64,000 nt of DNA from Cycas panzhihuaensis (Eukaryota; Plantae; Cycadophyta). The stretch's first letter is position 1. Each line of letters begins with the position of its first letter. The notes below the pieces were generated by a model. The model was not told the DNA's origin, did no database searches, and saw only the letters and a program-made list of their open reading frames with translations. The stretch spans positions 123,015,741 to 123,079,740 of the forward strand of contig CM041465.1 of assembly GCA_023213395.1 (NCBI GenBank), written 5' to 3'. This document shows positions 24,785-39,000 of this stretch, piece after piece. Made by a program: the position numbers and the translations under genes.

Positions 24785-27627
24785 CATGTATAATGTAATA
24801 CCACTAGATGAGGCATAATATTCTTGTCTTAAACCATAATGTTATTGTTGTTTATAAGTCATTTATTTGTGTTGATGACCCAAGATGAGGTGGAGAGTTG
24901 AGAGTTAGGAAAAAAAAATATTGTAACACTCATATCACATCCCTCACCTTGGAGCCAAGCTCTCATGTTGAGTTTCAATTAGTTGGTCAATGAATACCTC
25001 TAAGCAATCTAATTTTTCCCCACATGAAAGATGAAGGCTTTCTTTTGATTACGTGTAAATACTTTTCTAAAGTTATATAATGGTTATCCAAGTAGTGTCT
25101 TCTTGTTTTTTATGAGATATTATATTTATTGAGATAATGCCTTAGTTACATATTTAAATTTACATTATAAGGAGTAGATGTATGTATATTAGTGCCACAA
25201 AGTGTGTTCTTATATCCATAAGTTCTTTAAATTGCTAACACAACTTCCAGTTCATTGGTCTTGTAATGTAATGCATTGTTATATTTTAAGCTTAGGTAGT
25301 TTAGGAGAAGTTGTAGTATTTTATTGATTTTACAGAAAATTTATTCTATTGTGGAAGGTGGTTGGTTAGTGTGGTCATGATAATTTTGCATTAAAATAAA
25401 TTAATTTACTATTGTAGTAGTTAATAAGGTTGGGGATGTTACAAAGGGGTATCAAAGAATGATTGAAGCTTAATAGACTTAAAGCATAATTCAAAGCTCA
25501 ATGAAGTCAATGTAGTAGTTATAGCTCATAAGAAGGTTAAGTCAAAAACTTCAAACTTCTAGCAAGAGTCAAGAAAGCATAATGAATTAGCAAACTCTTG
25601 TAAAAAACAGACTCTTATCGAAAGTGGATTCTTGCTGAATATAAGTTTCCATCACAAGTGAACTCTAGTCAACAAATTTGGGTGGACAAAATCTTATCAA
25701 CAAAATTACAAGCATTTAAGGGACTAAAATGAATTATTGAAGGATATAATTAAAAGATCAAAATAGAGAGTTAAGAGGCAAAGCAAAGTGTTCAAAATAA
25801 AAAAGAAAAAAAGAAAAAAGGAAGCATAAGAAATTTTGTTTCAAAGGACATAACAGTATGCTAAAAGCCTAGATTGGCTTGGAATTTAGAGGAAGCACTG
25901 TGATACCATTTTAGATAAATTTGTCCTCAATAGTTTATATGTACATTTTATAGAAATTGGGAGAAATTCTATAATTTGTAGTTTTCATTGTTGAAGTTAT
26001 AACATTAAAATCAACTAAATTTTAGAAAGTAGAAACATCATAATATTATGCATGTATGTCTCCATTTTAGTCTAAATGTTAATTCTTGACAAAATTTAAG
26101 AAATAACCTTTAGATATAGAAATTCACAATTTACTAGAAAAACCTATAATAAAAAGTTCAAATGGTTCTTTAGTGAGTGCTTAAATTGACCTCATGTATT
26201 CACTCATATACTAAATGCAACATTTTGGAGCTTTTCTTATCTCCCATGAAAAGCCCAAATTTACACTATCTTATATTTCCTTAAAAAAATTATATTGTAA
26301 GATAAATGAGAGAGTTAAAATGATAGATGATATACAATATAGTCAATTTAGTTATGATGACCAAGATGATGAAGAGATGCCATTAATAAAAATTTGACAA
26401 GAAGAAAATGATCTAATTAAGATGCCCCAAGTAGAACTTCTTATGATAATTCACGGTATCTTGGGAGAAGTTTGAAGTCATAAAGATGATAATGACTAAA
26501 TCCTAAATGAGCATAATAAAATACTTATGAATATTCAAAAGTCATTAGAATATTACCAAGCAAAGAGAAATTCAAAATGTCCATAACAATGGTACAAAAG
26601 ATAAATCGTAAGAAAGTTTATTTAGAATAAATTGTAGCAAGAAGGCTTGAAAGAGAGATATCAATAGGAGTAGTGGAAATAAAGGAATGCACATATTTAA
26701 CAAATTTAAAACTTCAAATTCTACATCATCTTTGAGTGGAAAAAGGCTAAGAGGTCATGGTTTGAGGGAAAGGAGCCTTTAATTTGAATTTTGGAAAGTT
26801 CGACCACTCATTTTTAATAGTGAAGTTAAGAGAGGTGATGACACCAAAACATGGCTCATAAGTATAAGGAAATATTTTCAGCTTAATAATTTTACTTCTA
26901 ATAAGAAGGTAAGAGTGACAATTTATAACCTTACTAGAAGTACATTATTGTGGTGGGAACACTATAAAAGAATGAATGATATTAATAAAAGAGAAATATG
27001 AGGTGGTAAGTTATCTAAATGCTTCTAATAGAAGTATTTTTTTTAGCATTATTTCAAAAAAAGAAGGTAGATTTTTTCTATGAACTAAAGTAAGATAAAA
27101 TGACTATCAAAGAAGATTTAAGGGAAAGAAGCCTTTGATTTGAATTTTTGAAGGCTAGACCACTCATTTTAATGGTGAAATTAAGAGAGGTGATGAAACC
27201 AAAACATGGCTCGCAGGTATAAGGAAATATTTTCAACTTAACAATTTTACTTCCAATGAGAAGGTAAGAGTGGCAATTAATAGCCTTACTAGAAGTATAT
27301 CATTATGGTTAAAATATTACAAAAAGGTAAATGATATCAATGAAAGAGAAATGCAATGATGTAAGTTCTTTAAATCCACCCAAAGAATTTTTTCAATCAT
27401 TATTTAAAAAAAAAAATGATTCTTTTTATGAGTTGAAGTAAGGTAAAGTGACTATCAAAGAATATGAGAAAAAAATTATGAGCTTTATAAAGTATGTCCC
27501 TTACATTTATGAAGAAAATATGAAATTGTGCAAATTTATAAGTGGCCTAAATAAAATTGTTTAAAGTTAAATTAAAATCTTAAAGCTAAAAAATTTAGAA
27601 AAAGCAATCAGGAAGGTAAGCCATTAC
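24785..27627 (+). mobile_element. Old Tekay/Del-like Gypsy fragment: 5' LTR end at 25443, PBS, leader and decayed gag
   Basis: GGGGATGTTACA|AAGGGGTATCAAAG at 25432-25457. gag EF.KVRP.IFN.EVKRGDD.KTWL..IRKYFQL...IYNLT.ST.LWWE. The left LTR boundary is uncertain and may extend to ~18.4 kb across the chromovirus. Confidence 0.75.
26760..27463 (+). repeat. ~350-bp diverged tandem duplication within Tekay gag
   Basis: 26760-27115 and 27116-27463 share blocks such as GACCACTCATTTT, AAGAGAGGTGATGA and GACTATCAAAGAA. Confidence 0.9.
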
Positions 27628-30600
27628 TATTATAATTAGTTTTTCCATTATTAAGTTATGGGTCCTAGTGGTTCAGTGAGTCATTAGAATATTTGATGAG
27701 TCATAGGGTTGTCATTTAATATGGTGATAACCATTAGGACAAGCCATTTATTAATTGCTATCAATCCCAATTTGTATATATATGTATAACGTCTTATATA
27801 TTATCATATCGAGTATTCTAAACGAAAGGAAAGTTTTGAAGATAGACCAATTCTATGTGATAAATTTGTTATGTTTGCATTTTTGAATTAACTTGATTTT
27901 AGTGTAATTTATTAATATTTAGTATTAGAGTCAGTGTAAGAATCTAATTTTAAAGGGTTACAAGATGTAACTAAATTTTGTAGCTTTTTAAGCCAAGCAT
28001 GCTATGAAAATTTAATTTAAAATTTTTAAGTTTATATAGAGAATTATAGATATTGTTAGTGTATTTGTAGTGAATTTTAGAGTTTTTTCAAAACTTCTAA
28101 TGGAGTAATTTTGTTTATTTATGGACAAGAATTTTTAAAAAATCTTATGAAGATTTAGGGTACAATTTTGAGTTAGAAATTATTTTAACTTCACCAGGTT
28201 GCAAAATCTCTCAGAGGTTTTAAAATATAAAAAGTATATAAATCAAATATTATGGAGTAAAATTCAGTCTGTGGGTAGATTTTTCAAATTTGTGGTAGGG
28301 TTACGATATATGTAGGCTCGAATCCATGTTTGTTAGTCAGCTTCGGAGTAGAGCCTTTAAAGCTAAGGTTTTAAAATTCTCAAGTTACAATATCTCATCT
28401 ATAATTGTTAAGACCCAAGAAATATTTATAGAGTTCAAGTTTTAGAATTGTGAGTAGGCTCATAGCAATTTGAAATTGCCAAGTCTAAAGACATCAACGT
28501 TAAGGCAAACAACTAATAAAAGAAAATACAAATGAGATAAACGAAAGAGCAAGTATATTGCAAGTGACTCATTTGAATCTCATTAATCGATGGACACGAG
28601 AAGTATGCTCTAGATGCCATGAATGTGAGCTTAACATCAAATGGTTAAATCTTAGAAGTGAGGATGAACAAGAACAAAGATTAACAAGCCCCAAATGCTA
28701 CTAAAATTCACAAACATCTAGAACAAAACAATGAAGAATGTTGAATCAAAAGGCTTGAAGGTAAATAGATTTATAAGATAAAATCACACAAAAATTACTT
28801 GATAAAAATTATATAAAATCACAAAAAATATAAATGGAATCATAACATAAGTGCACATCATCCAAATATTCAGCCTTTAAAACATAAGCCTTTTTTTTTT
28901 CCTAATAATTTAACACATTAAAATAATTTTAATTTTATCTAGAGTTCTGATGACCAACAACTTTCTTGGAGCCCCTAGGTCATGATTTATGACTTATTCA
29001 ATAGTTAATTTTAAATTCTAAAAGCATATATATTTGTAATTTTTCATTCTATATCATTTTGTAAAGGTCATATGATTATTTTTTGGCTCCCTATATGGTG
29101 TCTATGATATTTTTTTTTTCAACACTCTGCAAAATGACTACAAATGCTAAATGCACAAAAAATAAAATAGAATAGCAATGTGTGGTATGCTAAGGTTATT
29201 TAACACCCATATTTATATGTGATTTTATTTTAGTTTCTTGTTTTAATATTCCATATAAACATGCTAAATGGGAATTTATTTATCTCCTAGACAAACAAAT
29301 TAGTCGATGTTAAAAATTATGGTACTTAAAAGCACCAAATGGCCAATTTACTCTAAATGAATAGATTATAGTAGATTCTATAGGGTAAGGTACCCATACC
29401 AAATGAACAAGCAACCACTTCTCATAAAAAGGTAAAGTTTAAGAGCAAAAGTGATTTTGCCTTAGGGTTTATAAACATGTTGATTAATAGAGCTCTAGTG
29501 GAGAATATCAAAAGAGTGAAGACACCTAATGAAGCATGGAATGCCATTATGCCTATCTTTTAGACAAAAAATAATGCAAGCATCATGATTTTAAAGAATC
29601 AACTATATAGTCTTAGGATAACAGGTTTAATAATTAAACATCTCTAAATAATAAAAGGAATCAAAAATTAGTTGGATAATGTTAGACAGACTGTTAATAA
29701 TAAAGACATCATTATTACGATGCTAAGAAGTTTGATAAAGAGATTTAAAAATTTTATGACGACTTTTTTCTTCTAAGAAAAAGTAGAAAATATCATATTT
29801 AATGAGTTAGAGGCATTGCTATTATAATATATATAGATATTAAAGGACAATATTATTGGAAAATTATTTAGAGCATTTTTAATAAAGTCAAAGGGGAAGA
29901 AACCTTTTATTTCAAAGAAGAAGAAGGAGACTCAATAGTAGTATACTCAAAAGAGCAAACCAAAGATATGTTACTATTACAATAAACTAAACTATTTTAG
30001 GAGGAATTATAGGAAGTGTCATGTTGATCATTAGAAGAAGAAAAATTAGAAGAATGAAGGTGTTAGAATTTATAATTACAATCTGATACCATATTAAAAA
30101 TGTAGAGTAACATGACAAAATTATAATATACATGTATAATAGTAGAATAATCTTATGAGTTATGTACACATATAAAGGATATCAATAGCAAAATTAGAAG
30201 CATGCATCAACAAACATCATAAACATTCACCACAAGAGAGACAATAGATTTATATGTGGAAAACCTAGTGTCAAAAAAGCCACAGGAGAAGGTGGAGTTT
30301 GGAGCTCCTCTTTAAGATCAAAATTAGTACATCTCCTTTCTCAAGTTCTCAAGTGGCGTGTGTATATATTTATATCAAGGTTCACTTCATGAGTAGCCTA
30401 CCATATCTCTTGGGTCTTTATATCATGCAATAGTATAATTACCTAGATATATGTGTATCTCATATATCTCAATATATGTGATTAGTAGGATTATGTATAT
30501 GTCACATTACATCAATATTAAATATTACATATGTGATTAAATTACATATTCAACACCCCCCTTTAATGTTTAATGTTTTTAAATATTGGTCTTCAATTCT

Positions 30601-31406
30601 TTGTCTTTACATATTCGTCCATTGGTCTTTTATCTCTATGTCTTCAACATGTACACTAGATCTTGTAATCTATATTTATATCCTATATCTATATTTAGTT
30701 GTATCACTTATAACCTATGATCTATCATATCATTATGCTTATCTTCTATAAGCATTAACCTATATACCTATGAAAACCTATATAAACTTGTATATAGTCA
30801 TTTGTATATATCAATAACTAACTATGAATAACCAACTTATAAATATCAACTATCATTCATCAACAAACATTAATATCACCAATATATGAAATGTTTTCTT
30901 GAACATCTTTATATCTTCACCTGTATAATTGCTTTTATTAATATTAGCTGTCAATTAGTCATCAAATTAACAAACAAATAAATTAATTTATGAGTCCATA
31001 TAAAATAAAAACCATATATTGAAATACATAGGTAGCTAGCCTCTGTAATCACTAGTTTTCTAAGTAATTATTTCAGATATATGATTCATTAGATTTTAAG
31101 TTGCTTATACAAGAGTAGTATAGTTTTGCTTCTTACATATGAGTTAGAATAATATAATTGAGTGTGTCATGCAGGAGTAGCTTGTGAAACTTGTACTTGC
31201 CTCTTGTGAATAATATTTATTTTGTATGCTTATTCACTTGTATACTTCTACAAGTTTCTTTTTAGCATCTATTATCAATAACATCAATAAATCATCATCT
31301 CAAAGAATAACTAACTTTGCGAATAAGCTAAACTACTTAACTGGGATAAATTAGTTGTAACAAGGTAGTATTAATAATGTGTTTCTATACCTCTTGTTAT
31401 ACATGG

Positions 31407-34400
31407 TGTTTTCTGACTGCCAGGAATGGACATAGATAGCATCCCACAAGTAAGTATAGGTATACATCTCTACCCCTTGCCCTATTCACTTTATGGTATG
31501 ATGAGATGTTTCTATGGTTATATTAATGTGACATTATTACATAAGTTGTTTTGATGCCTAGTTTGCTTGCCTACTTTATTCCTATGACTGTGATCCAGCC
31601 TATGACGGCTCATGGCCATGGTCCTATAGCACTACATAGCTCTAAGAGATACGTCCCAAGCATTCTCAGGTAATCGCAGGCCCCTGCAACCTACTTTGAC
31701 TTGTCTTTAGCCTCTTACATGGTCCCTAAGGTGGATCTTCGACTTATTTTCCTATTTGTATATTATTGCATCCTCATTGGGGCTTATTTTTCACCCTTTT
31801 TACACACTTGAGAGGCCCCCACCACCACCTGGAGTCCCTTAAGACCCTTACCAGTCCATCAAATTCTATTATTGCACCTTAGGAATGATCTTTTTAAGGA
31901 TTTCCTAGGTCCTTTCTTAATTTTTCTTATATTTTCCTCACATCACAACAATGTTCGTGGTACCACGTCAATGATTGTGGTACCATGTAGTTTAACACGG
32001 GGTGACTGTCCATAGATTACCACGTTTAAATAATGGCCAGATTCAGATTTATTGCTAATGTTACATGTAGCAGAGGGTCTTTTCCCACTTAGACTGAACC
32101 CTAATTGCTCTGAAAACCTAATTGGGACATAAAAACCTAATTTCAAATTCATTTTCACTCTGTCACGAACGAAAAACAACTCCCTTATTCTCTTTTCTTC
32201 TTCTTTCACCTAGTTAGCTATGACAGGGAAAAAACCCTAATCTGCAAGTCTAAAAGACAGATTTACCAGCGAGACAACTCTTTTCTAGGGCTCATTAAGG
32301 CAACAACAATGAGCTCTCTAAGTTTCAAGGTCTTTTCTGCTCTAAAAAGGGCCTCCTTCACCCTAGAAGTAGGGTTTTTCAGCTCCTTTTCTCTTGATTG
32401 TGAGGTAATTCTCTGTTATCTAATTTTTGTGGCTGAAAGTAGGTCCTTTTCTATTGCTCTTTTCTGAATAATTTCATTTCATTAGTTGCACCTTTCATTA
32501 CATGCTTTGGTACATACTTTGCTCTACCTTTTGTTAAGCAAAAGGAGGCAAAACCTCCCATTTTTCCTTGGTTGGCATCTTCAAACCCTTGGGTTCTCAC
32601 TAGCTAGCAGTTGGACGGGTTTGGGACATTTTTTAGAAGGGAAAGAGGAGCAAATGGCTGAGGTTTTGACTCCTAACACCATATCCTCAAGGGCAACCCC
32701 CTACTTCTTAAGATTTCTCTACACTATACCTGCTCCACGAGCTAGGGCGTCCCATACGGTGTAAGCCCTTTTATGTTTGTAGTGTTTACAACACTTGCAA
32801 CTTTTGCATTCAGCTGGTATATATCTTATTTACTGACAACCTCCATAGTTTACTTCTTCTTTTGCAATATTTACAACTCTTGCATGTTTTTCAGCCTTTG
32901 CGACATTTACAACATTTGTGACATATACATCTTTTGCAACATTTACAATTTCTTACAAGCTTTTGGTTCTAGGTTACTTGAATCTTTTGATTTCTAGCCA
33001 ACCCGCCTATGTAATACCTGTACATATAGGAGGTGACTCACTCATAGGAGCTAGCCATTCTGAGGCTATCATCCTCTTCTCTCTCAAATCCCCCTTTTTT
33101 CTCGAAGGTTTTATGAGGATATTTATTATGTGTAAAGGAAAAATAACATATTGTTTCACTTCTTTCTTTTGGAATATAAAGCAAACTTCACCTCCACTTT
33201 AATAAGGCACACAAACGCCATTATATATGCACATATACTTATTTATTGTTTGAGAGTTTTGCTTGCATGAAAGATAAGGCATCCTCCCAGGCAAGTAGGA
33301 TCGTATTACAACAAAGAGGTATATTTCTCCTTGGAGCATCTACTTTTCTTTAATTCCCTTTTCAGATTTCCTTTTGGATCTCTTTGCTTTATAAATACTT
33401 TGGGGAAGGTAAGGGAGCCCCTCTCACGAGTTCATCCGCAACACTTATCATGAATTGGAATGCAGAGCCACAAACGAGGGAAGCAAAATGAGAAGAGTAT
33501 GTCACCTCGCCAATTAGCATACCTCTTGGTGCATCTCTCATAAACTCTTTTCTCTCCCTCCTTTTATTCCCCCCCTTTCCTAAAAGAAATCTACTTATAA
33601 TTGCATGTGGGTTGTGGCCTTCCTTTCTATATTTGCACTCATAAGAAGGGGATATAAAGGGGATAAGCATATGCTTGCATTCTTGTCTTCCCGCTTCCTC
33701 CCTTTATTGTGAAGAGAATAAGATAATAAAAATCTTTTTTTTCTCCCTTATTTGCATATGCATAGGAAGGTAGCATGACTAGATACATTTTCTTTTTAGG
33801 AAAGAAAAGGATATATTAACAAAAATACCCTCCTTTCCTTGCCATTGCCTCTTTACACTTCACATGTATGCATGTACACAAGGATAAGGCTAGGAAAGCA
33901 TAATCTGGTTAAAAGTATCCTTTTTTTGCATCAAAAGAAAAGCCTCACATAAATCATTTGTGTCTCCCCTCTCTTTTACCCCCCTCCCTTGAATCATTCT
34001 TCTTCAAATAAAGGAAAAGAGAGTGAGGTTCAAAGAGAGCGTTGTTATTTGTTTATATTCTTTTCTTAAGACCAATACCTTGATCTTTACCACCTCATCT
34101 CACAACTAATAAAGGACATAATCCAAACCATAACTGAGCAAACCTTGCGCTTAGACCAAACCCTAAAGGCAAACCCTTTAGGTAACCTTAAAGATAACTC
34201 TCTAATAATCTTATCCTTCATATTTGGTTCTTATATGCGCTAAATCTCCCCTTATTCTTCAACTAACCACTTCCTTCCTCTTGCTTTTAGGTTCCCACTT
34301 CGCAAGGAACCATCATTTCCTCTCGCCTCCTCTCTAGAAGAGGGCCTTTCCTCTCCTCCCTTTCACCTTAAGGATAGGAGAGCTCTCCCTTAGGCTACTT

Positions 34401-34622
34401 GGTAAATTGAGGATTCCCTTACCCAATCAAGATCCTTAAAGGTACTCATGCTAAGGGGAAAATCTTAAGCGTTATTCGTGGGTCCTTGAACCTTCCTTCC
34501 AACATGCATACGCCCTTTAAGGGTGACCTATCCTCCTTCTTGAGACCCTTAAGCCCCTGTTATAGTTCTAGTATTGGATTAGGTGTTCTTATCTGTAGTG
34601 ATCGCCTAGAGGCCTGCTTCCA
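31407..34622 (+). repeat. 5' LTR of Tat element (3216 bp)
   Basis: Colinear with 46435-49606; TG...CA termini. Confidence 0.93.
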
Positions 34623-36049
34623 CTGGCAACCATACTAAGGACTTGCCAGTAAGGTAATGTTCTGACTTTCCTTGTGTTAGCGTTGCCTTTCTTCTTTGGG
34701 TTATTCCCTCTAGATTTATTAGGCAATCCCCAACATCTTTTCTTTACTTTTATCCCTACCTCTTTCAAAGTTTTAGGTAGAGCTTGAATGCAACGATTTT
34801 CTCATTGTCTACAAGGTCTCCCTTCTGCTTTAGAATAATCTCCTTATTCCTCCCTTCCTTTATCCAATTTTGAATCAGCCAGAGAAGGATATCCCTCAGA
34901 ATGGCCATATCATGCCTATGTTTCTGAGACCCAACCACAAACCTCAACTTCATTTCAAGGTCCCGCCCAAGAGGGTAATGACTCCATCTTTTATCTAAGT
35001 GACCAAGAATACTCAGATTTTCATCATCTCCCCAGGCATGACGTGTGTGTGTCATCTTTTATGGGGTTTCACCATCTCGGTGAGAATACCCATGAGGATC
35101 GACCTATGGGGTCTAATTCGCATGAGGATCCTTCCACCTTATATGAATAAGTAGGAACCCCTCCCACAAATGTCGTTGAAGTGTTATAACAATGCTTCTA
35201 AGCTGTAAGCCTCTAACTGTTTCTAAAGTGGTTGGAATATATCCTATGTAACGTGATGCCTTCTTCTTCTTCTTCTGCATCTACTTTTTCCTCCCAATCT
35301 ACATTAATGTATATGGCCAGGCCATCCCTTATTATTCCTTCTTCTTTATGTGTCCCTCACACCCTAGGGACTATCCAAGGTATACTCACCTCCCAAATTG
35401 GGTTGATCATACCTCCTCCTAGTCAAGCAACCACGCCCCAACCAATTGTGGTTCATCCCTCTATCACCTGACTTAGGGGACCCTCATGTCCCTTTTCTTC
35501 AAGCCATGTGGGATCTATTCCTGTGTGCCCTTAACCTCAATCTAGGGATCCTTCCCTCTACCTACCCTTGGGATACACATCCCAACCATGGGTGCATGGA
35601 AAGGGAAATCCCCTTCCTGTCTATAGGGTGGACTCCCTTTACCCATATGGTGTTGCACCCCCCACAAGCGGTTCATGTGGGCAGAATCTCATTCCATACC
35701 CATCTCTTCTGTCTTCATGTGCAATCTCGCATATGGTGCCTTCGCAAGGAGGGTTTGTCCCTTCTCTGAGCTATTTTTCCCAAGTCCCCTCTCAATAAGA
35801 GGTCTATCCTTAAGGGGGAGTGGGCTCCTCTTGCCCATTCACTTCCTTTTTAGCTCCCTCTCAGATAGAAATGGTTCCTCCCCACCAAGTAGGAGGGAAC
35901 CTGCATCCCTCTTATAGTCAAACCTCTTAAGAGAGATTTGGGTATCTGTACCTACCTCCTCCTTCTTCTTTTGTTGACCCATCAGCTTAACCAAGGGTTC
36001 ACCCTTTCGTTGACTATAGGTCGATCCCTTTATCTATTGAGGCGCTAAG

Positions 36050-39000
36050 GACAAACTTACTGCCTCATCCCCTTGGGGTACCTAGATTCAATGGGACCTC
36101 GTCGCAGTATCCAACCAAGCATGCCAAGAGCTTTTCCATGGCATGCATAGATTATTATGCCTACGACCATATTCTGATGAAACTTTTTCCACATTCTTTG
36201 CAGGAGATGCCCTCAAGTGGTTTTATTGCCTCTCTCCCCATTCCATCCACTCTTTCCAGTAGCTTGTAGATGAATTCGTTAACTATTTTGATGTACCTCA
36301 TCCTCTCGAGAGTGGAATGAAAGTCCTACTCTCACTCAAGTAAGGTCACGAGGAAATAAAGTATGACTTCATAAGATGCTTTCATGACCTTCTTCACTCT
36401 ATAAAGGCCACATTGCCCAAGGAGTTGAAGAGGGATATCTTCGCAAATGGCCTCCACCCTAAGGTCCACGTTGAAGTCCTTAAAATGGGGGCAACAATGT
36501 GTGATTCTATCATAGCTAAATGCTTGGTGCTCGAGGCTATCGAGATCTAAGTAGGCCTTAAGAAACCTCTTAAACTATCGTAACGATGAGAGGCACCCCC
36601 TCCATCATGCGAGTTAAGACCCCAATAACCCCAAAAGTCTTCTACCCATTCAACGAAGAAGACCCTGGATCTTTTAACTCCCACTATATGTTGCTTCAAA
36701 CATACGATGAAAGTGCTTAAGCTCCAAACTCCTTCTTCTCCTTCAGATTCCCACAGACCTGTCCATCAGGTCTCTTAAGTCGCATCTCCCAAAAATTGAA
36801 ACACCTACTTCTCCCAAACTGGGAAGACTAAACCTTCCTTGGATAAGAAGTGGTGTTCCATTCATGGTGAGTGCTTCCATGAGGACTTATAATGTCATGT
36901 GCAACATTCAGAACTCGCCCCGCCTCATGACTCCTCTCCTAGACGGGCGTCTAAGCCCAACTTAGATCAACCTGTCCATAGGAATCCCTTCCCTAAACAT
37001 ATGAAATAAGACCAACACACCTAGAATAGGGGGAACCATAATAGGGAACGATCTCCTAACCCTTCTTCTACGCAGGCAAAAGGAAAGGGGGTAAGAACTT
37101 CATCCTTTCCTCTTAGTTCCTGCCATCGAATCTCTTCACCCTCTCAATCCCATAACAAGGGAAAGAGAGTCATTCAAATGCTTGAGACCACCCCTTTATA
37201 TACTTTCACCAGGTCTCAAGCAACCAAAGAGGCCATTGGGGCCTCTTCCTCTTAGCCATATTTTTCTATAGATAACTCACCTTATGAAATTCCTCCACTT
37301 TCCAAGACTATTCCCATCCGTTTAGGTTGATATGATTTTCGAAGGGCACTTCCCTAACTTACTAGAAAAGGGAAGCCCTTCTCAATCATAGACAAATTCC
37401 ACACCGTGGCCACCAGGATGTCTATGATGGACATCTTGTGAAGTTATCTCGAGCAACGTGCTCTTCTCTTGGAGGCTTTGGGTCTAGCAGATGCACCCAT
37501 CTATGCTTTGAGTTCCACCCCAAGCTAGGAGCCCATCATTGCCTTTAACCTTAAAGACCTCGCCAACAAGTAAAAGGGAGTGTTAGTGGCATTATCCTTT
37601 CACCATTTTCATAGATACTCCTGAGTGCACCCTTTGAAGGACTGTTATAGATAACGGTTCTTCTGTTAATGCTATGCCATTATGCATTATGCAAGAGTTA
37701 GGCATAGCAGCTCTTGAGTCAATTCCATGGCATTGTTAAGGCCACGACGGTAGTGAAAAGACAGCTTTAGGATCAGTCTCCATTCCCCTCAGCCTTGAGG
37801 ACAAAACCATCCTCGTAGATATAATAGTCTTCAACGTAGATGTGGACTACAAACTCTTGTTGGGACACCTATGTCTTGACCAGATGGGAGCCGTGTGTTC
37901 GTCCCATTGGAGGCAACTAAAATTTGTCCATGAAAGATAAATGAAAGTTGTTTCCTGGGAGCCTCCTCCCACTAGACCATTGCATCAGTCTCATCAAGTG
38001 GCTCATGACAGAGTGAAGGGCAACAAGGGCCTATCTACCCATGCTTCTACCTATATGATTGATATTCCTTGCACCTCTAGACCAAAGGAAGGGGCCTCCC
38101 TTTCCTCCTCCAACCTCATCTGCTTTGCCCCTATTGGTGTAGGAAGTTATGGGTACCTTGCCCTTCTAAGTGACCACAAGTTTGATAACGAGGATGAGGA
38201 GCCTCCTCGCCCCATATTCCTTCTAAACATTTGTAGGAAGCAGTTGCTTTATCATCCATCTAGTTCTAAGTCCCGACCCAAGACCTCTTCCATATAGGAG
38301 CCTAACAGTCTCACCATATCCAAGGAATCATGCAGGGTTGCTCTTATCTCATGCATGGATTCATACTCTCCTTCATCTTCCTCTACTCCTCGTGCCTTGT
38401 CATCCCCCGTAGACAACGAGGATGAGGAGTCTCCTATTCCACGACATAGGAGGATGCTCTCTAACTCTTCCAAAGAGTCTCTTGATTATGTCGAGTGGTG
38501 GGTTGATCGTTATGGGCACATTGTTTCTCCTATCTCTCATCCCTTATCCCCTCTAAGCAAAACTATCCACGTGATAGATTGTTTTGAGAATGATGAGGCC
38601 TTATTAGAGCATCTAGCAGGCTCCGTGTCCAATCTGCCCTAGGTCATTATAAACTTGGTTATTAGAAGATCCTAGCCCTTGGGTCATCCCTAGCCAACCC
38701 AAAACAACCTAGCACTTCCTCACCTCCTCCTATTGACTAAGCCCCCCTTCATTTTGAAGAAGGGAATGCCATGTACATGGGGGCAACTAAGGACATCGCC
38801 CTTACCCTCAGCAAAGTCATAAAGGTCAGAACAGAATGTTCACCTGAGAAAATGGAGGAGTTTCATGATGTCTTTGTATGGGATTACTCAGACATGAAGG
38901 GAATAGATCCCTCCATCGTCACCCATAACCTTACAACCATTCTAAGCACTCATCCTGTGTGACAAAAGCAATGCCCTCTTCATCCCAAATTATTTACTAC

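Noticed and set aside
32860-32960. Short periodic repeats (also 47810-47925) as a CRISPR-like array
   Set aside because: They are 9/18-bp minisatellite units without spacers, inside plant LTRs.
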